Assembly (NCBI GenBank): GCA_031401935.1
Contig: JANNRY010000456.1
Span: 1-43,170 of the forward strand
Direction: 5' to 3'
DNA from: Betaproteobacteria bacterium
GTDB taxonomy: Bacteria > Pseudomonadota > Gammaproteobacteria > Burkholderiales > Usitatibacteraceae
DNA length: 43,170 nucleotides
Made by a program: the position numbers and the translations under genes. Positions within the stretch are counted from its first letter, which is position 1. Every line of letters begins with the position of its first letter. The notes under the pieces were generated by a model. The model saw only the letters and a program-made list of their open reading frames with translations, ran no database searches and was not told where the DNA came from. Positions 15,949-25,609 of the stretch are shown one piece after another.

Positions 15949-16284
15949 TTACTGAGTTGGTTCTTCAGTAGGAAGACGTTTTAGCGCCGAAATGTCATGC
16001 TTGTTTTTCACTTTCTCCTTGTGTTTGATGATCTGCCGATCTAGCTTGTCGACCAGTAAATCAATCGCAGCATACATGTCTGTATTTTCGCTTTCGACAA
16101 AAATATCTTTGCCGGACAGGTGTACATTCGCTTCGATCTTTTGTCGCAGTTTTTCGACGCTGAGAATCATGTTCACGTCGATCACGTGATCGAAATGCCG
16201 GTTGATTCGGATCATCTTGGAGGAAACGTAATCACGTATGGAAGGCGTGATTTCGAGGTGATGGCCGGTCATGTTCAAATTCAT
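15949..16284 (-). CDS. hpf: ribosome hibernation promoting factor (sigma-54 modulation protein)
   Basis: 111 aa. MNLNMTGHHLEITPSIRDYV... is a typical HPF/YhbH N-terminus, and the gene sits directly downstream of rpoN. Confidence 0.92.
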   Translation of the reverse strand: MNLNMTGHHLEITPSIRDYVSSKMIRINRHFDHVIDVNMILSVEKLRQKIEANVHLSGKDIFVESENTDMYAAIDLLVDKLDRQIIKHKEKVKNKHDISALKRLPTEEPTQ

Positions 16285-16442
16285 TTGCCAATCTCCTTTC
16301 TAGAGATGCGAGCGCTCTTTCAACATGAGCGTTGCGCAACCTGTACAAGTTAACGACTTGAATGACATCACTTTCAGCAGCAAATCCGAACAGCAACAGC
16401 ACTACAGATTTGCCACTGCACTACACAACAATTCATTGGGCT

Positions 16443-17936
16443 TTATGAAGCGTTGCTGCCAAAGTACTTGCGCAAATTTGCCGGTTGAATCTGCATTGCT
16501 TCACGATACTTAGCCACTGTTCTGCGCGCAACGACAATACCCTGTTGTCCCAGAATATCTGAAATCCGATGATCTGACAGCGGTTTTTTTGTGTCTTCTG
16601 CGTGAACTAATTGCTTAATTAGCGCACGTATCGCCGTCGACGAACAGGCGCCACCTTCATCGGTGGCGACGCTGGATCCAAAGAAGTATTTAAGCTCAAA
16701 TATTCCGCGCGGTGTGAGCATGTACTTCTGCGTAGTCACACGTGAGATGGTCGATTCATGTAATCCAACCTGATCGGCGATCTCGCGCAAAACGAGCGGC
16801 CGCATCGCGACTTCACCGTGATCAAAAAAGTGCCGCTGGCGTTCTACGATGGCCTGTGTCACCCGCAAGATGGTGTCGAACCGCTGTTGAACGTTTTTTA
16901 TCAGCCAACGCGCTTCCTGCAATTGACCGGAAAGATTTTTGCCATCGGTGTCGCGACTCTTGTGCAGCAAATCTGCGTACAACTTGTTGACGCGAAGTTT
17001 GGGCATGGCCTCGGAATTTAGCTGCGCGGCCCATTTGCCCGCCACTTTTTTGACGACCACATCGGCAATGACATAGCGAATTTCGCCCTGGCCAAAATTG
17101 CGGCTGGGCTTGGGATCGAGCGAAACGATCAATTCCCGGACTTGTTTGATTTCCTGATCATCACAGCGAAGCAGGCGCTTTAATTTCACGAAATCGCGCG
17201 ACGCTAGCACATCAAGGTGCTGATCTACCACCAAAAGTGCACGATCAAGCTGCAGCGTATCAGTCGGTAATGCTTTAAGTTGCAACGACAGGCACTCTGA
17301 AAGCGAACGTGCAGCCACACCCGTTGGTTCCAGCGCCTGCACGCGTCGCAGCGCGATTTGCAGGTCATCCGGCTCGACTTCCATGTGCTCGCCAATCATC
17401 TTGCACAGCTCGTCCATGTCATCGGTCAGGTAGCCGTCTTCATCCAGATGGGCAATCAGGATCATCGCAAGGCGTTTGTCTCGCTCCGGCAGCGACATCA
17501 AAGCAAGCTGATTGATGAGGCTTTCCTGCAGCGTGGGTTCAGCCGCAGCTATTTGGGAGAATTCGTTGTCTTCGTCGTCATCGCTGCGTCGCGATGCAGC
17601 GGCATAATTGCTGCCGTCATCCATACCGGCGTCGAAGGATTGTTCTCCCCGATCATCACTCTCGCCAGGACCGTTGTCTGTTGTCGAGGGGGCAGCCGCA
17701 TCACGCGTATCGCCCGACTCGGTGGTGTTGCGGTCGTTGCCATTGATGAAATTTGGCGCAAGTTCCACCGTTTCATCACTTGAATCCACCCGCTCGAGCA
17801 GCGGATTTTCGAGCAAATATCGCTCTAGCTCTTGATTCAAATCGACTGTTGATAGTTGTAGGAGCTTGATTGACAGCTGCAATTGCGGCGTCAATGTCAG
17901 GTGCTGGGATAACTTAAGCTGGAGACTTTGTTTCAT
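16443..17936 (-). CDS. rpoN: RNA polymerase sigma-54 factor
   Basis: 497 aa. Region I MKQSLQLKLSQHLTLTPQLQLSIKLLQLS, an acidic region II, and the RpoN box ARRTVAKYRE. Confidence 0.96.
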   Translation of the reverse strand: MKQSLQLKLSQHLTLTPQLQLSIKLLQLSTVDLNQELERYLLENPLLERVDSSDETVELAPNFINGNDRNTTESGDTRDAAAPSTTDNGPGESDDRGEQSFDAGMDDGSNYAAASRRSDDDEDNEFSQIAAAEPTLQESLINQLALMSLPERDKRLAMILIAHLDEDGYLTDDMDELCKMIGEHMEVEPDDLQIALRRVQALEPTGVAARSLSECLSLQLKALPTDTLQLDRALLVVDQHLDVLASRDFVKLKRLLRCDDQEIKQVRELIVSLDPKPSRNFGQGEIRYVIADVVVKKVAGKWAAQLNSEAMPKLRVNKLYADLLHKSRDTDGKNLSGQLQEARWLIKNVQQRFDTILRVTQAIVERQRHFFDHGEVAMRPLVLREIADQVGLHESTISRVTTQKYMLTPRGIFELKYFFGSSVATDEGGACSSTAIRALIKQLVHAEDTKKPLSDHRISDILGQQGIVVARRTVAKYREAMQIQPANLRKYFGSNAS

Positions 17937-17960
17937 CGGGAGCGCTGGGCCACTGTTACG

Positions 17961-18734
17961 TTACAAGCGGAAATTTTCTCCTAGATAAACTTTGCGCACC
18001 GCTTCATTATGGATGATTTCCTCCGGTTTACCGAAGGCGAGCACCGAGCCTTGATTGATAATGTAGGCGTGATCGCAAATGCCGAGCGTTTCCCGAACGT
18101 TATGGTCGGTGATAAGTACGCCGATGCCGCGATTCTTGAGGAATTTGATAATTTCCTGTATGTCGATCACGGCGATTGGATCGACCCCCGCGAATGGTTC
18201 GTCAAGCAAAATAAAACGCGGCTCAACTGCCAGCGCACGCGCAATCTCCACGCGCCGTCGCTCTCCGCCGGACAAACTGATGGCAGGGCTGTTACGCAAG
18301 TGCGCGATATGCAGTTCATCGAGAAGTGCTTCGCGTTTGGCGTCGATTTCCTCAGCAGTCAAATCACGCAATTCGAGCACCGCCTGAATATTTTCCGCGA
18401 CGGTAAGCTTTCTGAAAATAGAAGCCTCCTGCGGCAAATACGAAAGCCCCAGCCGCGACCGGCGAAAAATCGGCAAGTGGGATAAATCGTTTCCATCGAG
18501 ATAAATTCGGCCGCCATCGACCGGCACCAGACCTACGATCATATAAAAGCAGGTAGTTTTGCCCGCGCCGTTCGGCCCCAATAACCCGACGACTTCGCCG
18601 CTCTCAACCGAAAACGAGACATCGCTCACCACCGTGCGCTTGCGATAGGATTTACGCAGCCCTTCGACGCGCAAGACGCTCTTCTGATCGAGCACATTCG
18701 TCGCGGCGGCAGGGGATTCGGTGGATTGATTCAT
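17961..18734 (-). CDS. lptB: LPS export ABC transporter ATP-binding protein
   Basis: 257 aa. Walker [10 protein letters not shown], signature [15 protein letters not shown], Walker [12 protein letters not shown]. Confidence 0.95.
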   Translation of the reverse strand: MNQSTESPAAATNVLDQKSVLRVEGLRKSYRKRTVVSDVSFSVESGEVVGLLGPNGAGKTTCFYMIVGLVPVDGGRIYLDGNDLSHLPIFRRSRLGLSYLPQEASIFRKLTVAENIQAVLELRDLTAEEIDAKREALLDELHIAHLRNSPAISLSGGERRRVEIARALAVEPRFILLDEPFAGVDPIAVIDIQEIIKFLKNRGIGVLITDHNVRETLGICDHAYIINQGSVLAFGKPEEIIHNEAVRKVYLGENFRL

Positions 18735-18760
18735 CGAGAAATTGCGCGGTTAAAAAACAC

Positions 18761-19366
18761 TTAGTTGGCTTTAGCGGGTGCCGTTTGCTTGGGCTTTTCG
18801 TCTGCAGTTTTCGGCTGGATCGTAATTTTGACGCGACCGGGAGCAGCACCCGCAACAGGCGCACCTTTTGCATCAGGCGGGGCATTGCGTGCTTGCATGA
18901 CTTCTGTCGCGGAATTGTAGTAAATGTATTCGCCCTTCAATTCATCGCCGCCACTTTTGAGGCGCGCACGTGATAACAGCTTCATCGTGTCGGCTTGGTC
19001 ATCGAATTCAGCGCGATCAGCAAATCCTTCCATGTAGTCGTTCACGCCCTCACGTTTTTGCCTGAACGCGACTTGGCCGCTTGGCCCGCCGAAGGCTTGC
19101 GCGGTCATAAATCCTGCGTCGTCTTCCTTGATGATCATGCGCTCGGCCGTAAACCGCATCGTGCCTTGGGTTAGGACAACATTTCCTTCCAGCGTACGAG
19201 TGCGATTTTTATCGTTAACTGTAGCCACGTCGGCTTCAATATCGATCTGTTTTGTCCGATCCGCTTGTTCCGCGTTGACGCTATGCGTAGCAAGGAACCC
19301 GATTGCAGCAGTGGCAATGAGCACCAAATCCAATCCGCATCGTATTTTTCTTAGCCCGATATTCAT
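18761..19366 (-). CDS. lptA: LPS transport periplasmic protein LptA (OstA-like)
   Basis: 201 aa with a signal peptide ending VNA|EQ. OstA-like beta-jellyroll repeats (IEADVATVNDKNRTRTLEGNVVLTQG) sit between lptC and lptB. Confidence 0.85.
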   Translation of the reverse strand: MNIGLRKIRCGLDLVLIATAAIGFLATHSVNAEQADRTKQIDIEADVATVNDKNRTRTLEGNVVLTQGTMRFTAERMIIKEDDAGFMTAQAFGGPSGQVAFRQKREGVNDYMEGFADRAEFDDQADTMKLLSRARLKSGGDELKGEYIYYNSATEVMQARNAPPDAKGAPVAGAAPGRVKITIQPKTADEKPKQTAPAKAN

Positions 19367-19944
19367 CGTGGCGTCCTTTGAGGTTGTTGATAGGTCGCGC
19401 GCACGCGCTCTAACCGGTAGCTTCTTGTCAGGCTGTTGAGTTCCATCTTGTTTGCCGTTAGCTGGCCCGATGCACTGTCGAGTCGCACGCCTTCAGTGGC
19501 TCGGGCAAGATTCTTTTCGGGGAAGACATTCAGCACCGGCGTTGCTAATTTCAGCGCTTCGTGGGTCTCCGTCTTTTCGGAGGTCACCAGCACACCCCCT
19601 TCCATAATAACCTCATCAGCGCCTCCCACCAGTCGGCCGCGCGGTGCCTGCGCGACGATCGGCGGCAAATTCGGGTGGAGGGCGGTGAAAACGACCGTTT
19701 CCAAAAGCGACGAATCGTCGTCCGGGAAGTGAAGCATCTTCGCCGCCTTGACCGTGTATTGCACTTCGCCCGTCTCGCCGAGCGCCTTGGCAACGAAATT
19801 CTCGACGATCAGATCGGGGTCGTGTCGTTTGTTCGCGTCAGCCCGGGGATTTGGTGCTTGCACGAACTGATTCAGCCAGAACGTCAGCGTAACCAGCGAC
19901 ATGAGCACGGCGAGCGGCAGGACAGGGAGGGAGCGTGCACTCAC
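19363..19944 (-). CDS. lptC: LPS export system protein LptC
   Basis: 193 aa with a single N-terminal TM anchor. HDPDLIVENF is an LptC-type motif. Overlaps lptA by 4 nt. Confidence 0.8.
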   Translation of the reverse strand: MSARSLPVLPLAVLMSLVTLTFWLNQFVQAPNPRADANKRHDPDLIVENFVAKALGETGEVQYTVKAAKMLHFPDDDSSLLETVVFTALHPNLPPIVAQAPRGRLVGGADEVIMEGGVLVTSEKTETHEALKLATPVLNVFPEKNLARATEGVRLDSASGQLTANKMELNSLTRSYRLERVRATYQQPQRTPR

Positions 19945-19980
19945 AATTTTTATTGGGCGTGATCAGAAATGATAGAAGTG

Positions 19981-20047
19981 AAAACCCTAGCACTGGCGAG
20001 CTTTGCGGGCGCATTTAAGCCGGAAAGCCGCGCCAATGCTAGTGTTT
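19981..20047. repeat. REP/MITE-like intergenic palindromic element, copy A
   Basis: AAAACCCTAGCACTGGCG-(32 nt)-CGCCAATGCTAGTGTTT. The 17-bp terminal inverted repeats match at 15/17. Homologous to the copies at 32833 and 42285. Confidence 0.75.
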
Positions 20048-20131
20048 AGCTTAAATTACGGCCATCTAGCGCCGTGACGCGATGACGGATGATAGCGCCA
20101 TTCTTTGTGTCCGGCGCGGTCGCGAGCGCCG

Positions 20132-22315
20132 CTATTTCACTGTGGACGCAATGCTCTGCGGGGCGACTGCGGATAAGACAATGGCTGGTGTTAAAACTTC
20201 CGGAAGTATTTGGGCGTCACCTGCCACCGGGTAAAAAACATAAAGCGGAACGCCGTTGCGCCCAAATTCCGCGAGCGCTTCGGTGATGGCCGGGTCTTTG
20301 ACGGTCCAGTCAGCCCTAATGCGGACAATGTTGAGTTCTTCAAACCGCTTCAGCACTTCCGGATGGTTCAACGCGATGCGTTTGTTTACCTGACACGTGA
20401 TGCACCAGGTCGCGGTGAAGTCGATGAACACAGGCCGCCCTTGCCCACGAAGCTCGGCGACTTTTTGTTTGGAGAATGGTACCCAGCCATCGGTCGCACT
20501 CGACGCGCCCGCAGTAATCGCTGGCGATGCAGTCGTATTGGCATTGGGCCATGCAATTACCGCTCCAGCCAGTAGCAACAAAATGGCGGCCACCGACGCG
20601 CGTACGGGGGTGTCGAGCTGCCAGCGTCCGTACAACCATGCGCCGAACGCGACGATGACCATGCCAAACAGCAGCATTCCCAAGCCGTCGTTGCCCTGTT
20701 GTGAACCCAGCACCCATGCCAGCCAAGCGACCGTCGCAAAGAGCGGGAACGCCATGAATTGCTTGAACGACTCCATCCACGCACCCGGTTTTGGCAGGTA
20801 TCGCAACCAGCCCGGCAATAGCGACAACACCATGATCGGTGCAGCCATGCCAAGCGCCACCGACGTGAACACCATCATTGAGACATAAGTAGGCTGGGCC
20901 AGCGTGTAGCCCAATGCCGCCCCCAGGAACGGTGCCGTGCACGGCGTGGCGATAATTGTCGCGAGCACGCCGGAGAAGAATGCGTCCATTAAGCTACTGC
21001 GGTTGCCGCCTTTGCCTGCAGTTTCAAGATTGCCCGCCGCAGATTGCAACTGCATGCCAAATTCAAACACGCCGCTCAAATTCAATGCCATCAATAAAAA
21101 CAGCATCGCCAACAATGTCACGAACACGGGTGATTGCAACTGAAAGCCCCAGCCGATGGATTCACCGGTTGCACGCAACACGGCCAATAAACCAGCGAGC
21201 ACCCAGAATGAAATGACAACCCCGCCCAAGAAGGCCAGCCCTTGCTGTCTAAGAAGTTTTTGCTCGCCGTGCGCATGCTGCACGAAGCTCATCACCTTGA
21301 TGCCAAGCACTGGAAATACACACGGCATTAGATTGAGGATGAGTCCGCCAATGAACGCAAAAAGCAGCGCAACGGCCAAGCCGAGATCATTGCCGTTTGG
21401 CGGGCCAGTTTTGGGGTCACTAAGCGGCGCCGCTTTCACGTTAGCAATTGCGGGCGTGGTTTTGGCGTACGTGACCGCTGCAGTAACCGCGATGGCTTTC
21501 CCGGCGTGTACCTTGCCCCATCCCTGATCGCTGACCAGCACTCCTTCCAGCGTGGAGAGTGCTGAATTGACTGGATCCGCAAGAGGGATTGTCAGATGAA
21601 GGCCATCAGCACCAACCACTGGAATCTGCTTGCCAGCATTGGCAATGATTTCTCCTCCCAGCGGGTAAAAAAAGTATTCCGCTGACTTGAGAGCTTGACC
21701 CGGTGGTGGCGTGAGATCGAGGATGGCCTTGTTGTTGCCGATGGTTGCCTTGGCTGTCCAACCGCTGATCGAACCCGGCAGGGCTGCGTTGGCGGCAGTA
21801 AACGCCATAGCCCACCGCGCGTCTGGCAATGGTGCGGATGCGACGACCGGCAGCGAAATGGTCAAGTCAGCACTTTCCGGAATACACACGTCGCTGCAGA
21901 CCAGCCATTCAGCTTTGGCGCTCAGTGTGACATTCTGCCCAGCCTTCAGGGTAGTGGGCGTCTGCAACTTCACCAGATGTAGCACCTCACCGTCGTAGCC
22001 AAAATTCATTAACGGCCCAAGCGGCAACTGCTTTGGAAACGGCCATTCAATCGGCCCAGCCGTGACACCGGGCGGCAAAGACCAAGTCAGTTTCGTGGGC
22101 AAGCCGGAGTCTCCCGGATTTCGCCAATACGTATGCCAGTGATCGATGATTTTCAGACGGAGTGCCGCCTCAATCGGCTGACCCGGTTGAACGGCGTTAA
22201 GCCGCGAAATAATTTCAGCTTCAACGTGCGGCGTCTTAACAGATGCCGCAAACAAATTGGATGCACTGAGTGCCAGAAACCACAAAGCAAATAGGAGTTG
22301 ATTTCGAGGGCGCAT
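20132..22315 (-). CDS. protein-disulfide reductase, DsbD-family with extended ScsB-like N-terminal periplasmic region
   Basis: ORF 20132..22441, trimmed to the ATG at 22313-22315 (MRPRNQLLFALWFLALSASNLFA|A), because the longer form runs into a tRNA gene. N-terminal HWHTYWRNPGDSGLPT and WLVCSDVCIPE. TM core cysteines LMPCVFPVL and ATPCTAPFLG. C-terminal thioredoxin fold FTATWCITCQ. Confidence 0.88.
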   Translation of the reverse strand: MRPRNQLLFALWFLALSASNLFAASVKTPHVEAEIISRLNAVQPGQPIEAALRLKIIDHWHTYWRNPGDSGLPTKLTWSLPPGVTAGPIEWPFPKQLPLGPLMNFGYDGEVLHLVKLQTPTTLKAGQNVTLSAKAEWLVCSDVCIPESADLTISLPVVASAPLPDARWAMAFTAANAALPGSISGWTAKATIGNNKAILDLTPPPGQALKSAEYFFYPLGGEIIANAGKQIPVVGADGLHLTIPLADPVNSALSTLEGVLVSDQGWGKVHAGKAIAVTAAVTYAKTTPAIANVKAAPLSDPKTGPPNGNDLGLAVALLFAFIGGLILNLMPCVFPVLGIKVMSFVQHAHGEQKLLRQQGLAFLGGVVISFWVLAGLLAVLRATGESIGWGFQLQSPVFVTLLAMLFLLMALNLSGVFEFGMQLQSAAGNLETAGKGGNRSSLMDAFFSGVLATIIATPCTAPFLGAALGYTLAQPTYVSMMVFTSVALGMAAPIMVLSLLPGWLRYLPKPGAWMESFKQFMAFPLFATVAWLAWVLGSQQGNDGLGMLLFGMVIVAFGAWLYGRWQLDTPVRASVAAILLLLAGAVIAWPNANTTASPAITAGASSATDGWVPFSKQKVAELRGQGRPVFIDFTATWCITCQVNKRIALNHPEVLKRFEELNIVRIRADWTVKDPAITEALAEFGRNGVPLYVFYPVAGDAQILPEVLTPAIVLSAVAPQSIASTVK

Positions 22316-22431
22316 GCGTCGGGCGGGTATTGAACTTAGAGAGGGCTTGAAACGGAGGACTACAGAATCATGCGTATTGGAGTGTCCGAAGTGCCGGATG
22401 TTCCCGGCCACCACTTGTATCCTTAAAATGA

Positions 22432-22506
22432 TGGTGCCCACAGTCGGATTCGAACTGACGACCTACCGCTTACAAGGCGGTTGCTCTACCCCTGAGCTAT
22501 GCGGGC
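22432..22506 (-). tRNA. tRNA-Thr (anticodon UGU)
   Basis: Reverse complement: GCCCGCATAGCTCAGGGGTAGAGCAACCGCCTTGTAAGCGGTAGGTCGTCAGTTCGAATCCGACTGTGGGCACCA. Anticodon loop CTTGTAA. There is one G-U pair in the acceptor stem and one A-C mismatch in the T stem. 75 nt. Confidence 0.88.
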
Positions 22507-22539
22507 ACATTTGAGTTAGCGAAGTGACCTACGCCCGTA

Positions 22540-22615
<76 letters not shown>

Positions 22616-22871
22616 ACAAATTCAAGAACCAAAAATTATAGCGTAGCTGGGTCAACTAGCCAAGTGCGGAATATAGAGGAATGCCAGCGAATACAATGAC
22701 GCAGCCGAACGACATTTGTGAACAAATACACAAAATGCACACACGCAGAGCGTTGTTCCGCTAAGATTTTATCCGCTGATTCCTGTTTCCTGACCGCTTG
22801 TCCAACCGTGTTGGCCCTGCTGGAAACCTGCAATATTATCCGTCTACCCGAAAAGGGGAAAGGTTCACTCA

Positions 22872-23318
22872 ATGAATACTCTGAAAAGCCAAATGAACAA
22901 ATTGCGCGGGTTTACGCTGATCGAACTGATGATCGTCGTGGCGATTGTCGGCATTATTGCGGCTGTCGCGGTGCCAAATTACATCGACTACGTCAGGCGC
23001 GGGCGTGTTACCGACCTGACTAGCGCGATAAGCGACGCGAAACTGAAAGTTGAGCAACGCTACGCGGATAGCCGGACTTATGATCATGCATTTTGCGGCG
23101 ATCCTGAAGTGATCATCAACGAAACTGACAACCACAAGGTAGTCTGCATCGTCGCTGGCGGAACAAATCAGACCTTTATCATCACTGGTACCGGCAAAGA
23201 TTCGATTGCAGGGTTTGTCTACACCATCGATGAAAAAGGCGTCAAAGCAAGCACCCTTGGTTCACCCTGGGGCGGTGCCGCTGTTGCAGGCCGTTGGGTC
23301 ATGAAAAAAGGTGGATAA
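22872..23318 (+). CDS. pilE: type IV pilin-like protein, PilE-type minor pilin
   Basis: 148 aa. Class III leader MNTLKSQMNKLRG|FTLIELMIVVAIVGIIAAVAVPNYIDYVRRG. GGGGAAAGG RBS. Confidence 0.85.
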   Translation: MNTLKSQMNKLRGFTLIELMIVVAIVGIIAAVAVPNYIDYVRRGRVTDLTSAISDAKLKVEQRYADSRTYDHAFCGDPEVIINETDNHKVVCIVAGGTNQTFIITGTGKDSIAGFVYTIDEKGVKASTLGSPWGGAAVAGRWVMKKGG

Positions 23319-23991
23319 CGTGCACGGCGCAATATACCCTGCGGCCAATAATCCATGTCGTTCTGCGAGGCTTGCCGCGCAACAGGGCTTCAATCTAATT
23401 GAGATCATGATCGCAGTGGCGATTATGGGAATATTCCTTGGCATTGGCATTCCCGCCATTGGCGACTGGGTACAAAATCGTCAGGTTGGAGTGTTGGCGG
23501 AGTCTATCGCCAGCGGTATGCGTCTGGCGCAGGCGGAAGCCGTGCAGCGTAATGTGCAGATCGACATGGTATTTGCCACTTCCGATGTCACTAATCCCTC
23601 TGATCCATCAGCGGCGACGCTAACGGCGGGTGGATTGGCTAAAACTGATCCAACTCCCAACTGGATGGTCAGGGTCGCCGGTGCCACGACAAGCGCGGGT
23701 TTTCTGACGGGGAAAATGGGGCAGGACGGGTCGGAAAATGCCCGCTTTTCTGGACCAGCCGGAGTACGTTTTTCGCCACTGGGAAGAGTCAGCGCCAGTA
23801 TCGCGGCCAATGGAACGGCGACGGCGCCTGCGGGCGCTCTTGTGTTTCAAATTGTGAACCCATCAGTTCAATCCGGCCTTGCAACCCAGCGCTGTGTGTA
23901 CGTGAGCACGGGTGGCGCTGTCCGCGTATGTGATCCGCGCGCACCTAGCGGCGACGGTCGCGCTTGCACGCCAGCATGCGTGATTCCTTGA
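23311..23991 (+). CDS. GspH/FimT-family minor pilin
   Basis: 226 aa. GTG start at 23311 (alternative GTG at 23320). Prepilin site AAQQG|FNLIEIMIAVAIMGI, followed by a FimT/FimU-like ...VLAESIASGMRLAQAEAV. Confidence 0.8.
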   Translation: MDNVHGAIYPAANNPCRSARLAAQQGFNLIEIMIAVAIMGIFLGIGIPAIGDWVQNRQVGVLAESIASGMRLAQAEAVQRNVQIDMVFATSDVTNPSDPSAATLTAGGLAKTDPTPNWMVRVAGATTSAGFLTGKMGQDGSENARFSGPAGVRFSPLGRVSASIAANGTATAPAGALVFQIVNPSVQSGLATQRCVYVSTGGAVRVCDPRAPSGDGRACTPACVIP

Positions 23992-24005
23992 CGAAAGCCA
24001 TTAGT

Positions 24006-24437
24006 ATGAAAAAAATACAAAAAAATCAGGGCGGTGTTGTGATCCTCGAGGTGCTCGTATCCATCGTTATTTTCGCGGTGGGCGTGCTCGGGATCGTCGG
24101 CCTGCAAGCGGTAACTGCGAAGACCGGCATTGATGCCAGGTTTCGCACTGAAGCAGCGACGCTCGCTGATGAGTTGGTCGCGCGCGCGCAAATCTGGAGT
24201 GACACCACCACGCTCACAGCGAATTTTCAAAACGGCGGTGCCGAGTATCTGGCCTGGTACAACAATCGACTGGCAGTTGCGGGTTCGGGGTTGCCGGATG
24301 CGCAGGCGACCGTTGCTTTTCTGGCGCCGTTTGCCGGCGGCGGCGCAATGATGTCAGTGGAAATTACCTGGCAAGCGCCGGGAGGTGAATTTCGCAGCGG
24401 GCACACCACCGTGGCAGCTTTACCTGGCGGCGGTTAA
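24006..24437 (+). CDS. pilV: type IV pilus modification protein PilV (minor pilin)
   Basis: ORF 23964..24437, trimmed to the ATG at 24006 (MKKIQKNQGG|VVILEVLVSIVIFAVGVLGIVGLQA). IGVLG..G.Q is PilV-like. Confidence 0.85.
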   Translation: MKKIQKNQGGVVILEVLVSIVIFAVGVLGIVGLQAVTAKTGIDARFRTEAATLADELVARAQIWSDTTTLTANFQNGGAEYLAWYNNRLAVAGSGLPDAQATVAFLAPFAGGGAMMSVEITWQAPGGEFRSGHTTVAALPGGG

Positions 24438-24443
24438 CCGAAC

Positions 24444-25601
24444 ATGAAAACTAATTCCGCTATGCAAGATAAAATACTTGTGCATAACAATCAGGGCTTT
24501 ACGTTGGTCGAGGTCATGGTCGGCTTGGCGCTTTCCATGTTGTCGATGCTCATCATCTTGCAGCTATTTTCGGTTAGTGATGCCAGGAAGCGTTTGACAA
24601 CCGGTGCTGCGGAAGGCCAGCAAACGGCGAACGTGAGCATTTATCAGGTCGGTCGTACTGTTCGCCTCGGTGGCGCTGGACTGACGCAGGCCAGCAACCT
24701 TTGGGGCTGCCCGATTCAGGCCTCGCGAGGTGGCGCGGCAATACTGCCCGCCCCAGCCGCATTTCCCGCACCGTTTGCCGGTGTCAATCAAACCATCCGC
24801 GCGATCCCCGTTCTCATTTTTCCAGCCGCAGCACCGGGTGGTCAAAGTGACGTCGTCGTGGTCGTTGCAAGCAACAGCGAAACTGGGCAAGCAGAGCTGC
24901 AAATGGTTGGTCCACCAACGGCCGCTGGGCTCACGCTGCAACGTTCCAATGGTGTCAGGCCGCTCGATTTGATATTAATGACGTCGCCGGGCGCAGTTGC
25001 AAACTGCCAAATCGCGCAAGTGGACACCACTTTTAATGCAGCGACTGCGCCAAACACCTTGCCGTTGGGAGCCACAGGTACTTCATACAATACCGCAGCC
25101 GGGCTCGCTGGTGGCATCTATAACGCAGGCTCCGTTGCACTGCATTTGGGCCGGACGCCGATGTTTACGATGTTCGCCATTGATGCGAACAACTCGCTAC
25201 AACAGTATGATTTGTTAAACCTGTCAGGCACTGCCGCCAGCGTTATCGCAGACGGTGTTTTTGATCTGCGCGCACGCTACGGCGTGGTGGATGCAGCAGG
25301 CAACGGCCCGATCACGTGGCAGTCGCCGGCAACTGCCGGTTGGCAAGTCGCTGACCTCACAGCAGGCACCCCAGCAGCGCTGGCGCTTGTAGATCGTATC
25401 CGTGCGGTTCGTATTTCGATGGTGTTTCGCAGTACGGAACCGGTGGCGGATGCATCGCCGCCAACGTCCTACACCATGTTTCCTGACGACGGCCCGATTA
25501 CGGTTTCCATACCAACTGCGGGACAACTTTATCGCTATCAGGTTTATGACTCTGTAATTCCGTTACGCAATCTCCGTTACGTTCCCAACCCGCGAAGCTG
25601 A
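24444..25601 (+). CDS. pilW: type IV pilus assembly protein PilW (minor pilin)
   Basis: 385 aa. Prepilin site HNNQG|FTLVEVMVGLALSML. Position and size fit PilW, and the C-terminal YRYQVYDSVIPLRN is PilW-like. Confidence 0.8.
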   Translation: MKTNSAMQDKILVHNNQGFTLVEVMVGLALSMLSMLIILQLFSVSDARKRLTTGAAEGQQTANVSIYQVGRTVRLGGAGLTQASNLWGCPIQASRGGAAILPAPAAFPAPFAGVNQTIRAIPVLIFPAAAPGGQSDVVVVVASNSETGQAELQMVGPPTAAGLTLQRSNGVRPLDLILMTSPGAVANCQIAQVDTTFNAATAPNTLPLGATGTSYNTAAGLAGGIYNAGSVALHLGRTPMFTMFAIDANNSLQQYDLLNLSGTAASVIADGVFDLRARYGVVDAAGNGPITWQSPATAGWQVADLTAGTPAALALVDRIRAVRISMVFRSTEPVADASPPTSYTMFPDDGPITVSIPTAGQLYRYQVYDSVIPLRNLRYVPNPRS

Positions 25602-25609
25602 CGTGGCCC

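Noticed and set aside
22316-22441. N-terminal 42-aa extension of the DsbD-like ORF
   Set aside because: The extension runs into the tRNA-Thr(UGU) gene (22432-22506). The internal Met at 22315 is followed directly by a signal peptide. Similar over-long ORF-track starts were trimmed for trmB, rlmI, ptsN, ribF, pilV, the Fe-S protein, the DUF3579 gene and the small membrane protein.
24006-24030. Two A7 tracts at the very start of pilV (ATGAAAAAAATACAAAAAAATCAG) as possible phase-variation switches
   Set aside because: Seven-nucleotide homopolymers are below the length usually associated with high-frequency slippage. They simply encode Lys-rich leader residues, which are common in prepilin leaders.
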